Assembly (NCBI GenBank): GCA_013115145.1
Contig: JAAPAO010000300.1
Span: forward strand, 1 to 41,475
Source of the DNA: Perkinsus chesapeaki ATCC PRA-425
Lineage: Eukaryota; Protista; Perkinsozoa
Length of the DNA: 41,475 nucleotides
Direction: 5' to 3'
In this document: positions 9,732 to 21,485 of the stretch, one piece after another
Layout of the letters: each line of letters begins with the position of its first letter
Position numbering within the stretch: the first letter of the stretch is position 1
Position numbers and translations under genes: made by a program
The notes under the pieces: model-generated
Database searches by the model: none
What the model saw: only the letters and a program-made list of their open reading frames with translations
What the model was told of the DNA's origin: nothing

Positions 9732-11399
9732 TTATTTCGACACAACAAAGGTATCTTGTACTTCAATAGATCCAAGGGTATCATTGTATCCCCAATAAGT
9801 GAAATTCAGCAACGTAGAGTTGATGACGTCAAGCTCGACATAGCCGTAGGTCTCGAGGACCACCTTGAGCCACGGAAGGTCTGACCTCGAACAGCTGCCC
9901 TCCATGAAACGCATCGACCCTGACAAGACGTGGACCGTTCCATTTATGGCACTTGTGCGTTCGTAGTGATGAACATGACCGGTTGCATAGACGTCGACGT
10001 CATACTTCATCAACAACGGGCCAACATCCGATGCCAAGTGAGCTGCTATCTCTCCATCCGGCTGTCCGGCCGTCTGGCAACTGTAGTACATTGGCCTATG
10101 ACCAATAACAATGATCCAAGGTGTTTTACTTCTATCAACCTCAGAGAGATCTTTATCTAACCATTCATTCTGATCACTACCATTAAGATAATTATGCTCA
10201 GTAGATAACATAACATAATGGACAAGACCAAAGTTAAATGAGAACCAATAATCTTGGTTAATACCATCACCTCGATGATAACGATGAGAGAATGGCACTC
10301 CACATTCACCACCAGAATCGAGACTATTATAGTTACCCCACTCTGGGTACCAACCCTTAGGATTGCCAGTAGAACAATATTCATGATTGCCGACACTGGC
10401 CGCAAATGGAGTGCGCATGGCAAAGCCATCCTCCATCTCGGCACCGAACTGATCCCAAACGATACCATAACCACCAGAGTAAGCAACATCACCGTATAAA
10501 ATAGCAAGTCTGATCCTGTCGTTGTCTCGGACATGATCGAGTGGATGGCTGGCGTATACAGGGGGGAACTCCATAGTCCCAAAGCCTCGTGCACCTCCGC
10601 TGATGCTGCTTCCTGTTACACCGAGATCACCAAATAGAGCCACGCTATGTCTGGCTGCGTCACCAGGAAGGATTCTGGGATGAGGCCGAAATTGGCGGGA
10701 TTCGCTCCCATCGTTACGAATTTGCAAACGAGAACCGAAGGGGAAGTTGGGCAGAGTAACCGAATGGAAGAAACCTGGGTTTCTGAAGCCGATATTTTCA
10801 GCAAGGAAAAAGCACATATCGGAGCCTTTGTATGTACGAGGGTTAGTGGTTTCCTTATGAGATATCCAATTTGTACCATCAACAGTTTGGTATAAAACTT
10901 CACCAGGTTGACTTGATGCACTAACCCAATTGACTTGAAGTTGATCTTCTCCAACAACTGTAATATGAGCTTGATTTGGTTCATCATCACCTTGGGCAAA
11001 TGTTAAATGGGTTGAGCATAACTCATTACCATCAGATTTAACATACGTTACTATATAACCACCACCACGAGGATTCACAGGACGAATCTCATACTCATTG
11101 TCAGTATTATTAAGTGATGCTACTAATATCCTGAAGGCACTTGCCAGAAAAGGTCCAGAAGTATCGTTAAGTCGGAACTCGATAGTATCTCCATCGTTAA
11201 CGGGCTGATGCCAAGTGACCTTAACAGGATCATAACTGTGTTGCAGCTGATTAGTCGACAGGCTTATGCAGCTAGTGCCGGCAGTTGGCTTCGCTGTTGT
11301 GGGTTCAACACTAGGGTTATTGTTATTATTGGAACAACCTATGATACCGAAGTATATCACCAGGAGAGATACGACCAGGAGTACAGCGATCGGGGGCAT
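9732..11399 (-). CDS. Purple acid phosphatase 1 (metallophosphoesterase), intronless
   Basis: All five PAP metal motifs: GDLG, GDVAY, GNHE, VIGH, GHVH; hydrophobic N-terminus. First ATG is at 11399 (the track start 11414 is TTG). Confidence 0.95.
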   Translation of the reverse strand: MPPIAVLLVVSLLVIYFGIIGCSNNNNNPSVEPTTAKPTAGTSCISLSTNQLQHSYDPVKVTWHQPVNDGDTIEFRLNDTSGPFLASAFRILVASLNNTDNEYEIRPVNPRGGGYIVTYVKSDGNELCSTHLTFAQGDDEPNQAHITVVGEDQLQVNWVSASSQPGEVLYQTVDGTNWISHKETTNPRTYKGSDMCFFLAENIGFRNPGFFHSVTLPNFPFGSRLQIRNDGSESRQFRPHPRILPGDAARHSVALFGDLGVTGSSISGGARGFGTMEFPPVYASHPLDHVRDNDRIRLAILYGDVAYSGGYGIVWDQFGAEMEDGFAMRTPFAASVGNHEYCSTGNPKGWYPEWGNYNSLDSGGECGVPFSHRYHRGDGINQDYWFSFNFGLVHYVMLSTEHNYLNGSDQNEWLDKDLSEVDRSKTPWIIVIGHRPMYYSCQTAGQPDGEIAAHLASDVGPLLMKYDVDVYATGHVHHYERTSAINGTVHVLSGSMRFMEGSCSRSDLPWLKVVLETYGYVELDVINSTLLNFTYWGYNDTLGSIEVQDTFVVSK

Positions 11400-11579
11400 A
11401 AGAGCAACAGTCAATATAAAAAAGCCGCTGAAACGAATCGCTTTGAGCAGTTCATGTTGAATGAGACTAACTCAACAACTGCATGATGATCAAAACATTT
11501 CAGATCACACATTCAAAAAATCATTCATTAGAGCAGAGATGTGACCACCACATAGATGGCCGATACAGTAGTAATTTGA

Positions 11580-13223
11580 TCACTTAGTGATTGTCCACTT
11601 GTCCTGAATAACAACATCTTTGGCGAGCTCATCATATGCCCAGAAGATGCCGTGAAGCTCGGTAGAGTTAACCACATCAAGCTCGACGTAACCTTGAGCC
11701 CATATAGCCGACTGAGAGTAAGCGCTTTCAATAAGATCGCAGAAGGACTCGATGAAACGCGCCGCGCCAGACAGAATATGAGTCACACCATTGACAGGAC
11801 CGTATCTCTCATAGCGATGTAAATGCCCTGCAAAGTACAGGTCAACGCCGTGCTTCTCCAGTATTGGTCCGACGTGTTGCTTTAGAGCATCAGCCACTTC
11901 TCCGTCAAGGCGTATGTCGGAACATGATTGGTACATTGGCCTATGACCAGTAACAACAATCCAAGGTGTTTTACTTCTATCAACCTCAGAGAGATCTTTA
12001 TCTAACCATTCATTCTGATCACTACCATTAAGATAATTATGCTCAGTAGATAACATAACATAATGGACAAGACCAAAGTTAAATGAGAACCAATAATCTT
12101 GGTTAATACCATCACCTCGATGATAACGATGAGAGAATGGTACTCCACATTCACCACCAGAATCCGGCCCTCTATAATTGCCAAAATCTGGAAACCATCC
12201 ATCAGGATTGGTGAATGCCACAAACTCGTGGTTACCCACCCCAACAACGAAAGGATGTCTCATCGCAAAACTGCTCTCCATCTCTGCGCTGAATTGGTCC
12301 CAAACTGTAGAGTGGCCATTAGCGTACGAGACATCACCGTGTAAGATCGTGAGCCTCAAACGTTCATTCTGGGCAAGATGCATCAGAGCGTCATCAGAAT
12401 AAGGAGGAGGGAACTCTAGGACCCCCGAGCCAGTAGCCCCACCTAGCATGCCGCCGCCCGTAACACCGATGTCGCCGAAGAGCGCCACACTGTGTCGGGT
12501 GCTGTCTCCTGCCAGTAGACGTGGTAGTGGCTTATATGCTCGAGAAGTACCATTGCCCGTCACGACCCGAAGGCTTTCAATTGGAACCGTGGCAGGGATA
12601 ATGGCAGAGTGGAAATATCCAGGGTTACGAAAGCCGACATTCTCCGCAATAAAGCCACACATGTCGCTTGCCGTATATGTTCTTGGCTCACTCTCTTCAT
12701 CAACGGAGGACCATTTAGTAGAGTCAACTTGTTTATACAAAATTTGCCCTTTCTGGTCAGACCCACTAACCCAGTTCACTATATACTGATCATCACCATA
12801 GACGCTCACATGCGCCTGATTGGGCTCGTCATCACCATGGGCAAAGGAAACCTTCGAAGAGCACACAACATCACCATTAGCCTTCTCATATGAGATAATA
12901 TACCCATTCCCGCGAGGATTAGCCACCTTGAGCTCATATCGATTATTAGGGAATTCAGATACTCTGATACGGAACATGCTGTCATCTAACTGGTCTTTCG
13001 GATAGACTTGTATAGTATCACCCTCATCAACAGTTGTGTGCCACGACAGTGTCAATCGGTCATAACTATGATATAACGTTTGGGTGGAAAGTGTGATGCA
13101 CTCCGGAGAGGATGTCGGCAAAGGTGTTGTTCTATCATCTACACATCCACTTAGTAGAAATGGCAACAACAGGATAGCGAATTGCGTCAACATACTAAGA
13201 TGGTTGAATAGATGACCCGACAT
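11580..13223 (-). CDS. Purple acid phosphatase 2, intronless
   Basis: GDIG, GDVSY, GNHE, VTGH, GHLH; ATG at 13223 (alternative 13193); the track start 13238 is TTG. Confidence 0.95.
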   Translation of the reverse strand: MSGHLFNHLSMLTQFAILLLPFLLSGCVDDRTTPLPTSSPECITLSTQTLYHSYDRLTLSWHTTVDEGDTIQVYPKDQLDDSMFRIRVSEFPNNRYELKVANPRGNGYIISYEKANGDVVCSSKVSFAHGDDEPNQAHVSVYGDDQYIVNWVSGSDQKGQILYKQVDSTKWSSVDEESEPRTYTASDMCGFIAENVGFRNPGYFHSAIIPATVPIESLRVVTGNGTSRAYKPLPRLLAGDSTRHSVALFGDIGVTGGGMLGGATGSGVLEFPPPYSDDALMHLAQNERLRLTILHGDVSYANGHSTVWDQFSAEMESSFAMRHPFVVGVGNHEFVAFTNPDGWFPDFGNYRGPDSGGECGVPFSHRYHRGDGINQDYWFSFNFGLVHYVMLSTEHNYLNGSDQNEWLDKDLSEVDRSKTPWIVVTGHRPMYQSCSDIRLDGEVADALKQHVGPILEKHGVDLYFAGHLHRYERYGPVNGVTHILSGAARFIESFCDLIESAYSQSAIWAQGYVELDVVNSTELHGIFWAYDELAKDVVIQDKWTITK

Positions 13224-14053
13224 CACTTCGGACAACAATCGTAAACCTGAAGTAGGAATCCCCTAGGACGAATCCATCCTGGTAATAACGCCAACTTCAT
13301 CGAGCTTAAAGGGGCTTTAAAACGAGCCACATATCCCACGAACGTCACAGGTGTGTTGAACTTGAAGCATATGCCACAGACACAATCTTTAAGATGTATT
13401 CCTCAGATATGTGCCCATGTTACCCGGAAACAATAGGATGTTTAGTAGGAAATATGTTCTCAATCAAAGATGCAACGAGAAATGGTTTCCTGTAGAGATC
13501 AGGACCTTGGCAAATCCGACAAGAGCGGTAGTATATTTATTATGGAGGATGTCGAACATTAGGGGTCATCTGGGGATGGCAGAGGCCACTCCAACTGGTG
13601 GAGTCCAACCCAGAGTAACAGTGGAGGAAAACGCGTACACTGACCGATCGATCGAGGTATTATAATGAGAAAGGCCAATGTAGCGAATGCGGACACTTTC
13701 AACTCAATACAGTGGTCGAAGAGAATACTGTATCTCCTAATGCAGATCTAAATGGAAGATCTGCAATCGGAGCCATACCAAAGGATAGTGATAAGGGTTG
13801 GTACATCTGCAGCGAAGCCGCCGTTGTTACCAACGATAATGGTTTCCCTTTAAGGAAGCATGTCTAGACCAAATGACACTACCGTGGGCACACCCGTAGG
13901 GGAAGGAAGCCCAAAGGACAAATAAAGACCATATCGAGCCGAGCCTCCAGCAGGTTGACTCGTGGCGGGAAAACGATACTTATACTTATAAGCAGTATCC
14001 TTTTAGTAGAGATAAGAAAGCCACGAGTACAACATAAAAACAAACGGACGACG

Positions 14054-15718
14054 CTATTTAGCCAGCAAGAAAGAATCAATCAAGGTAAACTGATTTACAC
14101 TATCGTTGTAACCCCAAAAAACACCACGTAGTTCGCTGCGATTGACAACTTGAAGTTCAAGATAGCCTTTCATCAAGACCTCCTTCTCGAACGGGAATGC
14201 AGTCTTGTAATGACAGTCATAGTCTAAGAACCTTCCTGAACCAGCTAATATATGAACCACGCTGTTCATAGTGACAGTACGACCATAACGATGGATGTGA
14301 CCGGAGACGTAGAGGTCAACATGGTGCTTTTCAAGTAGAGGAGCAACATCGGACTTCAGCATATCCGCAACTTGGTCCTCAAGACCGCCCTTCGGGCATG
14401 GGAAATACATTGGCCTATGACCAATAACAACGATCCAAGGTGATTTACTTCTATCAACCTCAGAGAGATCTTTATCTAACCATTCATTCTGAGCACTACC
14501 ATTAAGATAATTATGCTCAGTAGATAACATAACATAATGGACAAGACCAAAGTTAAATGAGAACCAATAATCTTGGTTAATACCATCACCTCGATGATAA
14601 CAATGAGAGAATGGCACTCCACATTCACCACCAGAATCTGGCCCTCTATAATTGCCAAAATCTGGAAACCATCCAGACGGGTTGGACAGACTGACGTACT
14701 CGTGATTGCCAACACTCATAACAGTTGGATGGTTCATACCTCCATTGTTCGAAAACTCATCACCGTATTGATCCCAAACTGTTGTGAAGCCACCAGCATA
14801 AGATATGTCGCCATAAATGATACCCAAGCTTATCTTCCTATCGTTATGACGTGACATAACATGACCGGCAGCCGGTGGGGGGAACTCTAGGGTGCCAAAG
14901 CCCTCGGCACCACCGCCCATACCGGCACCTGTTGTACCCAAATCACCAACCAAGAAAACAGTGTGGCCCGTAGGATCTCCGGCAGGCAGCCGAGGAGACG
15001 GGGTGTAGGTTTTTGAGGTCGCATTTCCTGTTCTTATCTTCACAGTTGAAAATGGTGGGATATTCGGGAACGTAACGGAATGGAAATATCCAGGATGCCT
15101 GAAGCCGGTGTCCTTCGCGGGAATACCGCACATATCGGAGCCTTTGTATGTACGAGGGTTAGTGGTTTCCTTATGAGATATCCAATTTGTACCATCAACA
15201 GTTTGGTATAAAACTTCACCAGGTTGACTTGATGCACTAACCCAATTGACTTGAAGTTGATCTTCTCCAACAACTGTAATATGAGCTTGATTTGGTTCAT
15301 CATCACCTTGGGCAAATGCTAAATGGGTTGAGCATAATTCACTACCATCAGATTTAACATACTTTACTATATAACCACCACCACGAGGATTCACAGGACG
15401 AATCTCATACTCATTGTCAGTATTATTAATATGATCCAGTACCACTCGGAACATCACGAAGGAAGGAGTGTCCTTCAATGATATCTCAATCTTATCGCCA
15501 GTGCGAGGAGATTCAACAGCCCAAGATATCCTAACTGGATCATAGCTAAACTGTAACACGTTTGGAGTGACCTCAACACAAATAGCTTCCGGTTTGGCGG
15601 TGCTAGTGGTGACCGGGGCCTCAGTTGCCGGTAGAGAGGACGAGCACCCTAGGTCAAAGAAAGCAAGCAAAGAACACCCAACCAGTACACAGGCTTTCAC
15701 GAGACGCATCGGAAACAT
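14054..15718 (-). CDS. Purple acid phosphatase 3, intronless
   Basis: GDLG, GDISY, GNHE, VIGH, GHIH; signal-like N-terminus. Confidence 0.95.
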   Translation of the reverse strand: MFPMRLVKACVLVGCSLLAFFDLGCSSSLPATEAPVTTSTAKPEAICVEVTPNVLQFSYDPVRISWAVESPRTGDKIEISLKDTPSFVMFRVVLDHINNTDNEYEIRPVNPRGGGYIVKYVKSDGSELCSTHLAFAQGDDEPNQAHITVVGEDQLQVNWVSASSQPGEVLYQTVDGTNWISHKETTNPRTYKGSDMCGIPAKDTGFRHPGYFHSVTFPNIPPFSTVKIRTGNATSKTYTPSPRLPAGDPTGHTVFLVGDLGTTGAGMGGGAEGFGTLEFPPPAAGHVMSRHNDRKISLGIIYGDISYAGGFTTVWDQYGDEFSNNGGMNHPTVMSVGNHEYVSLSNPSGWFPDFGNYRGPDSGGECGVPFSHCYHRGDGINQDYWFSFNFGLVHYVMLSTEHNYLNGSAQNEWLDKDLSEVDRSKSPWIVVIGHRPMYFPCPKGGLEDQVADMLKSDVAPLLEKHHVDLYVSGHIHRYGRTVTMNSVVHILAGSGRFLDYDCHYKTAFPFEKEVLMKGYLELQVVNRSELRGVFWGYNDSVNQFTLIDSFLLAK

Positions 15719-15752
15719 TGGACCAAACTAGAAAGCTACCTACAATACACCA

Positions 15753-15774
15753 AATTAAGGCTTAATTATTGAGC
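15753..15774. other. 22-bp scar (1 mismatch), inferred target AATTAAGC
   Basis: a attaag g cttaat t attgag c; 35 bp upstream of the PAP3 ATG. Confidence 0.8.
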
Positions 15775-15888
15775 ATCGTAAAGGGATTTTAATAACTTCA
15801 ACAACTCAACTCGATAGCTGGTACATCGGCGACTGTTCTTCAACAGGAAATTCCGACAAAGCCACGGATCAATATAAGCTAGCTACTC

Positions 15889-15910
15889 ATCCTCAGTGAG
15901 GATTCCTCAC
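15889..15910. other. Perfect 22-bp inverted-triplication scar, inferred target ATCCTCAC
   Basis: a tcctca g tgagga t tcctca c. Confidence 0.95.
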
Positions 15911-17170
15911 TATAATAGACCTTTTATTTTTCATAGTTGGATTCGCCGCTTAATTTGACTCAGACAAACCTCCTTCTCACTCACGAAAAACCAATATAGA
16001 TAAAAATGGAAGACGTGGTGGAAGATAAGCCAAAGAACGACTAAGCAAGAGCAAGATTTTGTTATATCTTGCTCTCTTGCTATTCCTCAACGCATCCGCG
16101 TCTTGTGTTTTTTCATCTCAATATATAAATCACCTTGTCCTCAAGGGTTTTGACCTTCGCTCAACACATTTTATGTTCCTAGCCGCACATATCTTTTATA
16201 CTCACACTAGAAACGCTTTCAAAATAAATCCGTCGAAGAGAGTCTATCTTTCAATAGAGTAAACCCTTATACGCCTGCAGCTTTATTTGCTTTCCAGTAC
16301 GACTGACAGATACCAGCGGGGGAGCTTCGTGCTGCCAATAACCGTGTCATTCTTTGGAATTTAGGGTAGAATCCGATCTAAAGATTAGGTTACACTAGAG
16401 GTTTAGTGGGCGATGTGACTTTAATCCCTGTGATTCGCTATCTGTCTCTAACAGTATGATTTGCTTATCGCCTCATGACAGATCAGCGAGGGTTTGTATG
16501 CATTTACCACCGATACAACTCGAGCGTGTTTCGATGCTCATTCGCACTCTGGAGAAGCTCTACAGTCCGCCCGAATTTGTCCTTCCCGAGCGACCAAACA
16601 ATTCGGTGAAATCGAGTGTAAAACAATCGATCAAATCTCGATGGAAGTTGTGTGCTGAAAGAATTCATCGACTAGTATAGTCACCACTGCCAACATGATC
16701 ATGTAACATTGCTCCGAGAGATACGTGTTGTCCTGTGTCTTGAGTTGAGACATGAAATCCTTCTAATGACGGGAGTGGGTAATTGAAAAGGCATTCAATA
16801 TACCCACTAATTGACGCGATGGGATCGCAATAATGAGCCATATCAAACGATCCGAGTGTGAGGTAGAGTAAGCCACATGTTGCCGAAGAAAGACAATTCT
16901 GACTGGATTTCGCATCCCTCAGTTCGAAATGTGTCTGGCATGTGGCTGACGGTGGCGGCAAACACGCCATCCAAGACATCTTTATGAATGAAATAAGCCT
17001 TGAAAGGAAACTAAGTGCATCGGTACTAGTCTCGCCGAGTTGCGGCGTTGGACTGTCGGAGCTTGATGACCGATGCCACGTCGGTAAGACGTACGCTCGT
17101 TTTTCACGTACGGTATGATATCATGTATCAACGCGAAAAGGCACAGTATTAGAAATTCTCATCGAGATAC

Positions 17171-18030
17171 TCAATCGTGATCATCATGGGATAACATAGC
17201 ATTGTGAACAGGGATGCCCAGCCGATCGCGCAGGGCACCGCGAAGATGAGATGCATCTAAAGCTGAGAAATACAGACCCAACCTAACTAGAAAACTTACC
17301 AAGCCTGTGGAGCCGACCATTGAACTATTGAAGATGACCATCGCAGTGGTGAAAGGCAGAGTGGTCACGCTCGCTGCGATTATACGAACACCGAAGCGCA
17401 TCAACTCGTCATCGTCAGGGTTGCCTGGGTAACAGAGCGGATTGACTGATAGCGTACAGCTTACCACGTATGTTGACTTTGGGCTTGAACAGAATCTGAT
17501 TGGACAAGGCAGAGATCAAAATCGTCGAAATGAGCACCTGAACAGGCGAAAGTCGAACCTCAAGACGGTTTCCAACCGAAACTCTTCGATGAAGGAAAAT
17601 TAGCGCTCAACAGCTGTGGTAAAGAACACTGCAACGATTACAAGCATCAGCCTAATGCCGATTGCGATGATGAAGGGAAACGCTCAAACGCGAAGAGCAC
17701 GGCAGGACCATATTGGTGAAGTGGAAGGGATGGTCAGTTGTGTCACAGTGCGCAGGGTCGAGTAGACAAAGCTGACATCGTTCTCCACCAGAGTCGTACC
17801 ATCTGATAGAAAAAACAATCGGCATTAACAAGAAGAAATCGCCTAGATTAGGCCATACCGACCGTACTGGCTTAAAGGACAGATTTACCTGTAAAGATAA
17901 GTAAGGACCCCGACCTGCAGAGGCAAGTCGTGGAGGAGGCTCTTGATGCCGACAAGCCAAGCAAAGTTTGTCGATGAGCCTCTGGGCCCCGATGACCCTC
18001 CAAACCATCGCCATACGAGAACACATGATA
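17171..18030 (-). pseudogene. Possible degenerate multi-exon membrane-protein gene
   Basis: Hydrophobic stretches (AFPFIIAIGIRLMLVIVAVFFT; FGVRIIAASVTTLPFTTAMVIF) and GT-AG-like signals, but with in-frame stops; no family recognised. Confidence 0.2.
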
Positions 18031-18407
18031 TTAGTGTTATCCAGCAGGATATACCAACCTACAGGAAAACTTGAACATGCAGGAATTATTCCTTGACATT
18101 TTAGCCTGCACTAGTCTATATTGAGAGATGTACACAGTGACACAACAGAGTCTTATGTGCTAACAAAGAGACAGGAATTTGAGGAAAGCTCTCAAATATA
18201 TACGCAGCACAAATTATCCAGTAAAATATTGACGCATGCATACAGAACAATTTACTAGACTTCTCCTTATCCAGGAGAGGAAGCCGCGTTTGGACAAGAA
18301 ACAACAATGCTTAGCAGGAAATATAGATCGGCATGGATCGATGAGGAAAATAATATACCAGATATCTAGAAGTGGCCAAGTGGACATGCTCCTCTCCTAT
18401 AGCATGA

Positions 18408-18884
18408 TCACTGAGTGCATGCCAGGATTTCGGTACCGAACACACTGGATGCGAGCGTACCTGAAGTCAGGTCCATAGTGTCAACTAAGAATAAACGATA
18501 CCAACAAACTCTCCCAAGGTAGAGAATCTGAGGTTGAATTTCACTATTTATACGATAGCGTATATATACGCTTTCAGTCTCTAAGCGTATAGTAATAGTA
18601 CGGTCGAGAGCCTCTACTAGAGCGACGGTACTTCTATGGCACACAGCAAACTCTACCGATCTGGGTGGTTCAACAGTGTGTTTAATTGCGTGGTAAGTAT
18701 GTGTCCTCACAATCTCTAAATGTGGGATATCGGCGTCTTCCACGTATATCTTAAGATGGCCTTGTGGCTTGGTGACGTGATAGGTGAAATCATCCATCGA
18801 GTGCGCATGGAATGGTTGTGTATCAATAACAAGACCATCCCATGTGATCGGCTTCTTTGGATCACCGGACTCCGTACCTGACAC
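18408..18884 (-). CDS. Hypothetical coding exon
   Basis: 158-codon open frame with protein-like composition; starts at GTG next to a possible acceptor, so true boundaries are unknown. Confidence 0.3.
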   Translation of the reverse strand: MSGTESGDPKKPITWDGLVIDTQPFHAHSMDDFTYHVTKPQGHLKIYVEDADIPHLEIVRTHTYHAIKHTVEPPRSVEFAVCHRSTVALVEALDRTITIRLETESVYIRYRINSEIQPQILYLGRVCWYRLFLVDTMDLTSGTLASSVFGTEILACTQ

Positions 18885-19073
18885 TAATTAGTAGACCTTT
18901 CAGTTGTTAGATGGAGCTGGCTGAAGGACTTAGAGTTATCCGTCAAGTTTCGTTTGAATGCAAAGTTTTCATGACCACGACTCTTCACGGAAACGTCAGG
19001 GAACACACTCCTTTTAATTGACATGTGAGGCCAATTGAACAGCTAAATACTGCAGATCACCGTTCGAATGATA

Positions 19074-19095
19074 GCTACACACTGTAGCCTACAGT
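19074..19095. other. 22-bp scar (1 mismatch), inferred target GCTACAGT
   Basis: g ctacac a ctgtag c ctacag t. Confidence 0.8.
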
Positions 19096-19101
19096 GGCGT
19101 A

Positions 19102-19123
19102 AGAAGAGACTCTTCTGAGGAGT
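19102..19123. other. 22-bp scar (1 mismatch), inferred target AGAAGAGT
   Basis: a gaagag a ctcttc t gaggag t. Confidence 0.8.
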
Positions 19124-20689
19124 ACGCCTCGTCGATGTCCGGTAGTAAAGCTATCAACCTAATAGTGTTGTTATTAACCTAAGTCCTGTACAGCTGGTAC
19201 TAGTCCAGGCTATTTTTATTTATAGAAAACGAGTTACACTCTTTATAAGAAGGGTGCATAAAGTCTGTTGTAGTATAAATATTCTGTACACTGTCGACCA
19301 TTTATAATTATTGGGGAAGGGAAATCACGGAATTACAAATGAGCTCTCACTTTCATCTAAGACCATTATGCTGTGAACTCCAAAGTTCCTCGGGCGATAG
19401 AAAGTCTCCGGGGCTCTCTGAGGATCAGCGTGACGGCTTATGCGGACCTAACGTATCAGCACATCCACTAATCCGAGTTTGTCGAACCACGGTATGTTAC
19501 ATGTTGAAAGTCTGTCGATTCGGTGACCCATAAAATAATTCTCAACAACCATCACGGGAACATCTTGGATGTTACATTCATTCAGTCAAAAGGATTAAGG
19601 GATTCTATGTCATCAACACCGATCGTTCCATCGGACGATATTCATCACCGGACTATATACACGCAGAGTTTTCGGAGATCACCAAGGATGAGAAAAGTTA
19701 AGTTACCGAACAGAGAAATGCAAGTCCGCGAAGGAACAAGGAAAGATCATCACCACTCCATATAAGCGTAATATAGGGAGGGAAAGAAGCCTGATCTCAA
19801 ACCAAGAGGAGCGTCGCTTACTGAATATCTTTCGTGACTCAACGGCCCATCGGCGCTCTCTGGGACAACTACCAGGATGAACGTTGGTGGGTGGCTGGTG
19901 GTCTTGAAGGTGAAGGTGTAGTCTCGAGAACCCTGTGATTGTATCGGCACTTCATCGTAAAATCTGAACGTGTAAAGTATACATGCGATACTTCATGTCT
20001 TCAATACTATAGCAGTATATTATATATTGTATATATATAAATATACTGCTGTACTATATTTACCCAATATATTAGTAATCGAGTTTCGGTTCAAGTCAGT
20101 GTATATCGGATATCCGCCGGTGTGAGAGGGAGACTAGTCATGAAACGATATAATTGCCCATTGCATTTCGGTGTGTACTATGGATTTACGCTTATTCCTT
20201 GCTACAAAGCGTCATTGCTACAAATATTCACTCCGCATTTTCATCGTACGCTAGCTTCCAAGCCTCCGACACACAGGCGCCATAAATAAGATGTTCGGCT
20301 TGTCGGCAGTGATCTTGTATGAGTTTGTCATGGTACTGCATGTTCGAGTTTATCTCATAGTATAGCTTCATAGCGGCCAGGAGGCTCACGAGGTGCACCT
20401 GAAGCTGCACCTGCCACTCTCGACAGCTGATAATTCTTACAGCCAGCCAAACGAATACAATCGGTGCTTTGATTTCTCGTTGAGCGAAAATATCGCTGAT
20501 AATTTCTGGACAGCAGAAAAGCGTGGACGAGGTCTCGGGTTCCGCCACGGGAGATGGTTTGATGCCGACGGAGCGAAAGTCTCTCGCTGGAGCTGCCCAG
20601 TTGCCAAGCTCGACTGGAGAGTCTGCCATTTGAGAATACTAGACTGTACTGCTGTCACACGTAAGGCGGCGGGTTGTGCAATGGTAAAC

Positions 20690-21298
20690 TCATGGTACTC
20701 CGTTGGCTCCGCAAGCAATCTCTACACCTAGTGCGGCACTGACGATAGCCGTAATTTCCGAATACTGACGAAACTGAGCAGCTTCAACCAACCTCGGACG
20801 ATGAAGTGAACTGACAAATGCAATGCATTTGTCTGAAATGCATTTACTGCATTTCAGTTGCACCCCACGAGGCCTATCGTCACACCGAAAATGTAAAGAA
20901 ATTAATGATGTTGCTGCGAGAGTATGACTGGCTAAGTTTGGGCAATCTTGCGCGTCCTTCAGTAACGCCTCATGTGATTTCATGGGTTTGCGTGCAATAT
21001 TGAAAGGCTCTTCATAACAACTCAACTCGCGTAAGTCGGATCCCGCTACTCGAAACGCTTATTTATCATAGACAGCTCATCAATGTGAAGGACCCATGAA
21101 AACATTTCTGCTATCCATGTCGTACCGACTCATTCCAAGGGAGGTCGAAGCATCACAGCAAAGTGACTCGAGCACATCCACAAGGTCCCAATTGTGCTCC
21201 CTGCAAGAACGACACACATGGGTCAGTGTAGCGCGACCTGGAACATTCGAACTCCTTGGCGGGCTAGCCAAATCGAGATACTTAACCTCTGAGGCCAT
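20690..21298 (-). CDS. Candidate family-Y gene, copy 1 (MASEVKYLDLAS...), possible 48-nt intron at about 21045-21092
   Basis: Track ORFs 21080-21298 and 20690-21025 are in the same frame; the intervening stops sit inside a 48-nt GT...AG stretch. Start resembles MASE..DLSS of the Y relics in units 3 and 4. Confidence 0.3.
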
Positions 21299-21485
21299 GT
21301 CAGTAGTAGGACTTCATCAAGCAGCGTTGAGTATAGATTGGTAGGTAGGACGGTACTTAAAGGAGGACGTATAGACATCATATGCAATCTACGGGACTGT
21401 AATATGAGAATTATAAAGCGTGATGTGCTCAACTAGGAGCACAAAGATGAGCATGACTTGACGATATGCGAAATTATTGAGCGGC

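Noticed and set aside
9930-15315. Many short alternative-frame and antisense ORFs repeated across the PAP cluster
   Set aside because: Shadows of the PAP coding sequences; they recur because of the shared tracts.
16774-16808. Imperfect 14-bp hairpin as terminator or ncRNA
   Set aside because: Bulged stem with no U-tract or conserved RNA motif; single occurrence.
18557-18572. Perfect 16-bp even palindrome AGCGTATATATACGCT
   Set aside because: No central base, a TA-repeat core, and it lies within an open frame; it does not fit the scar rule and has no other support.
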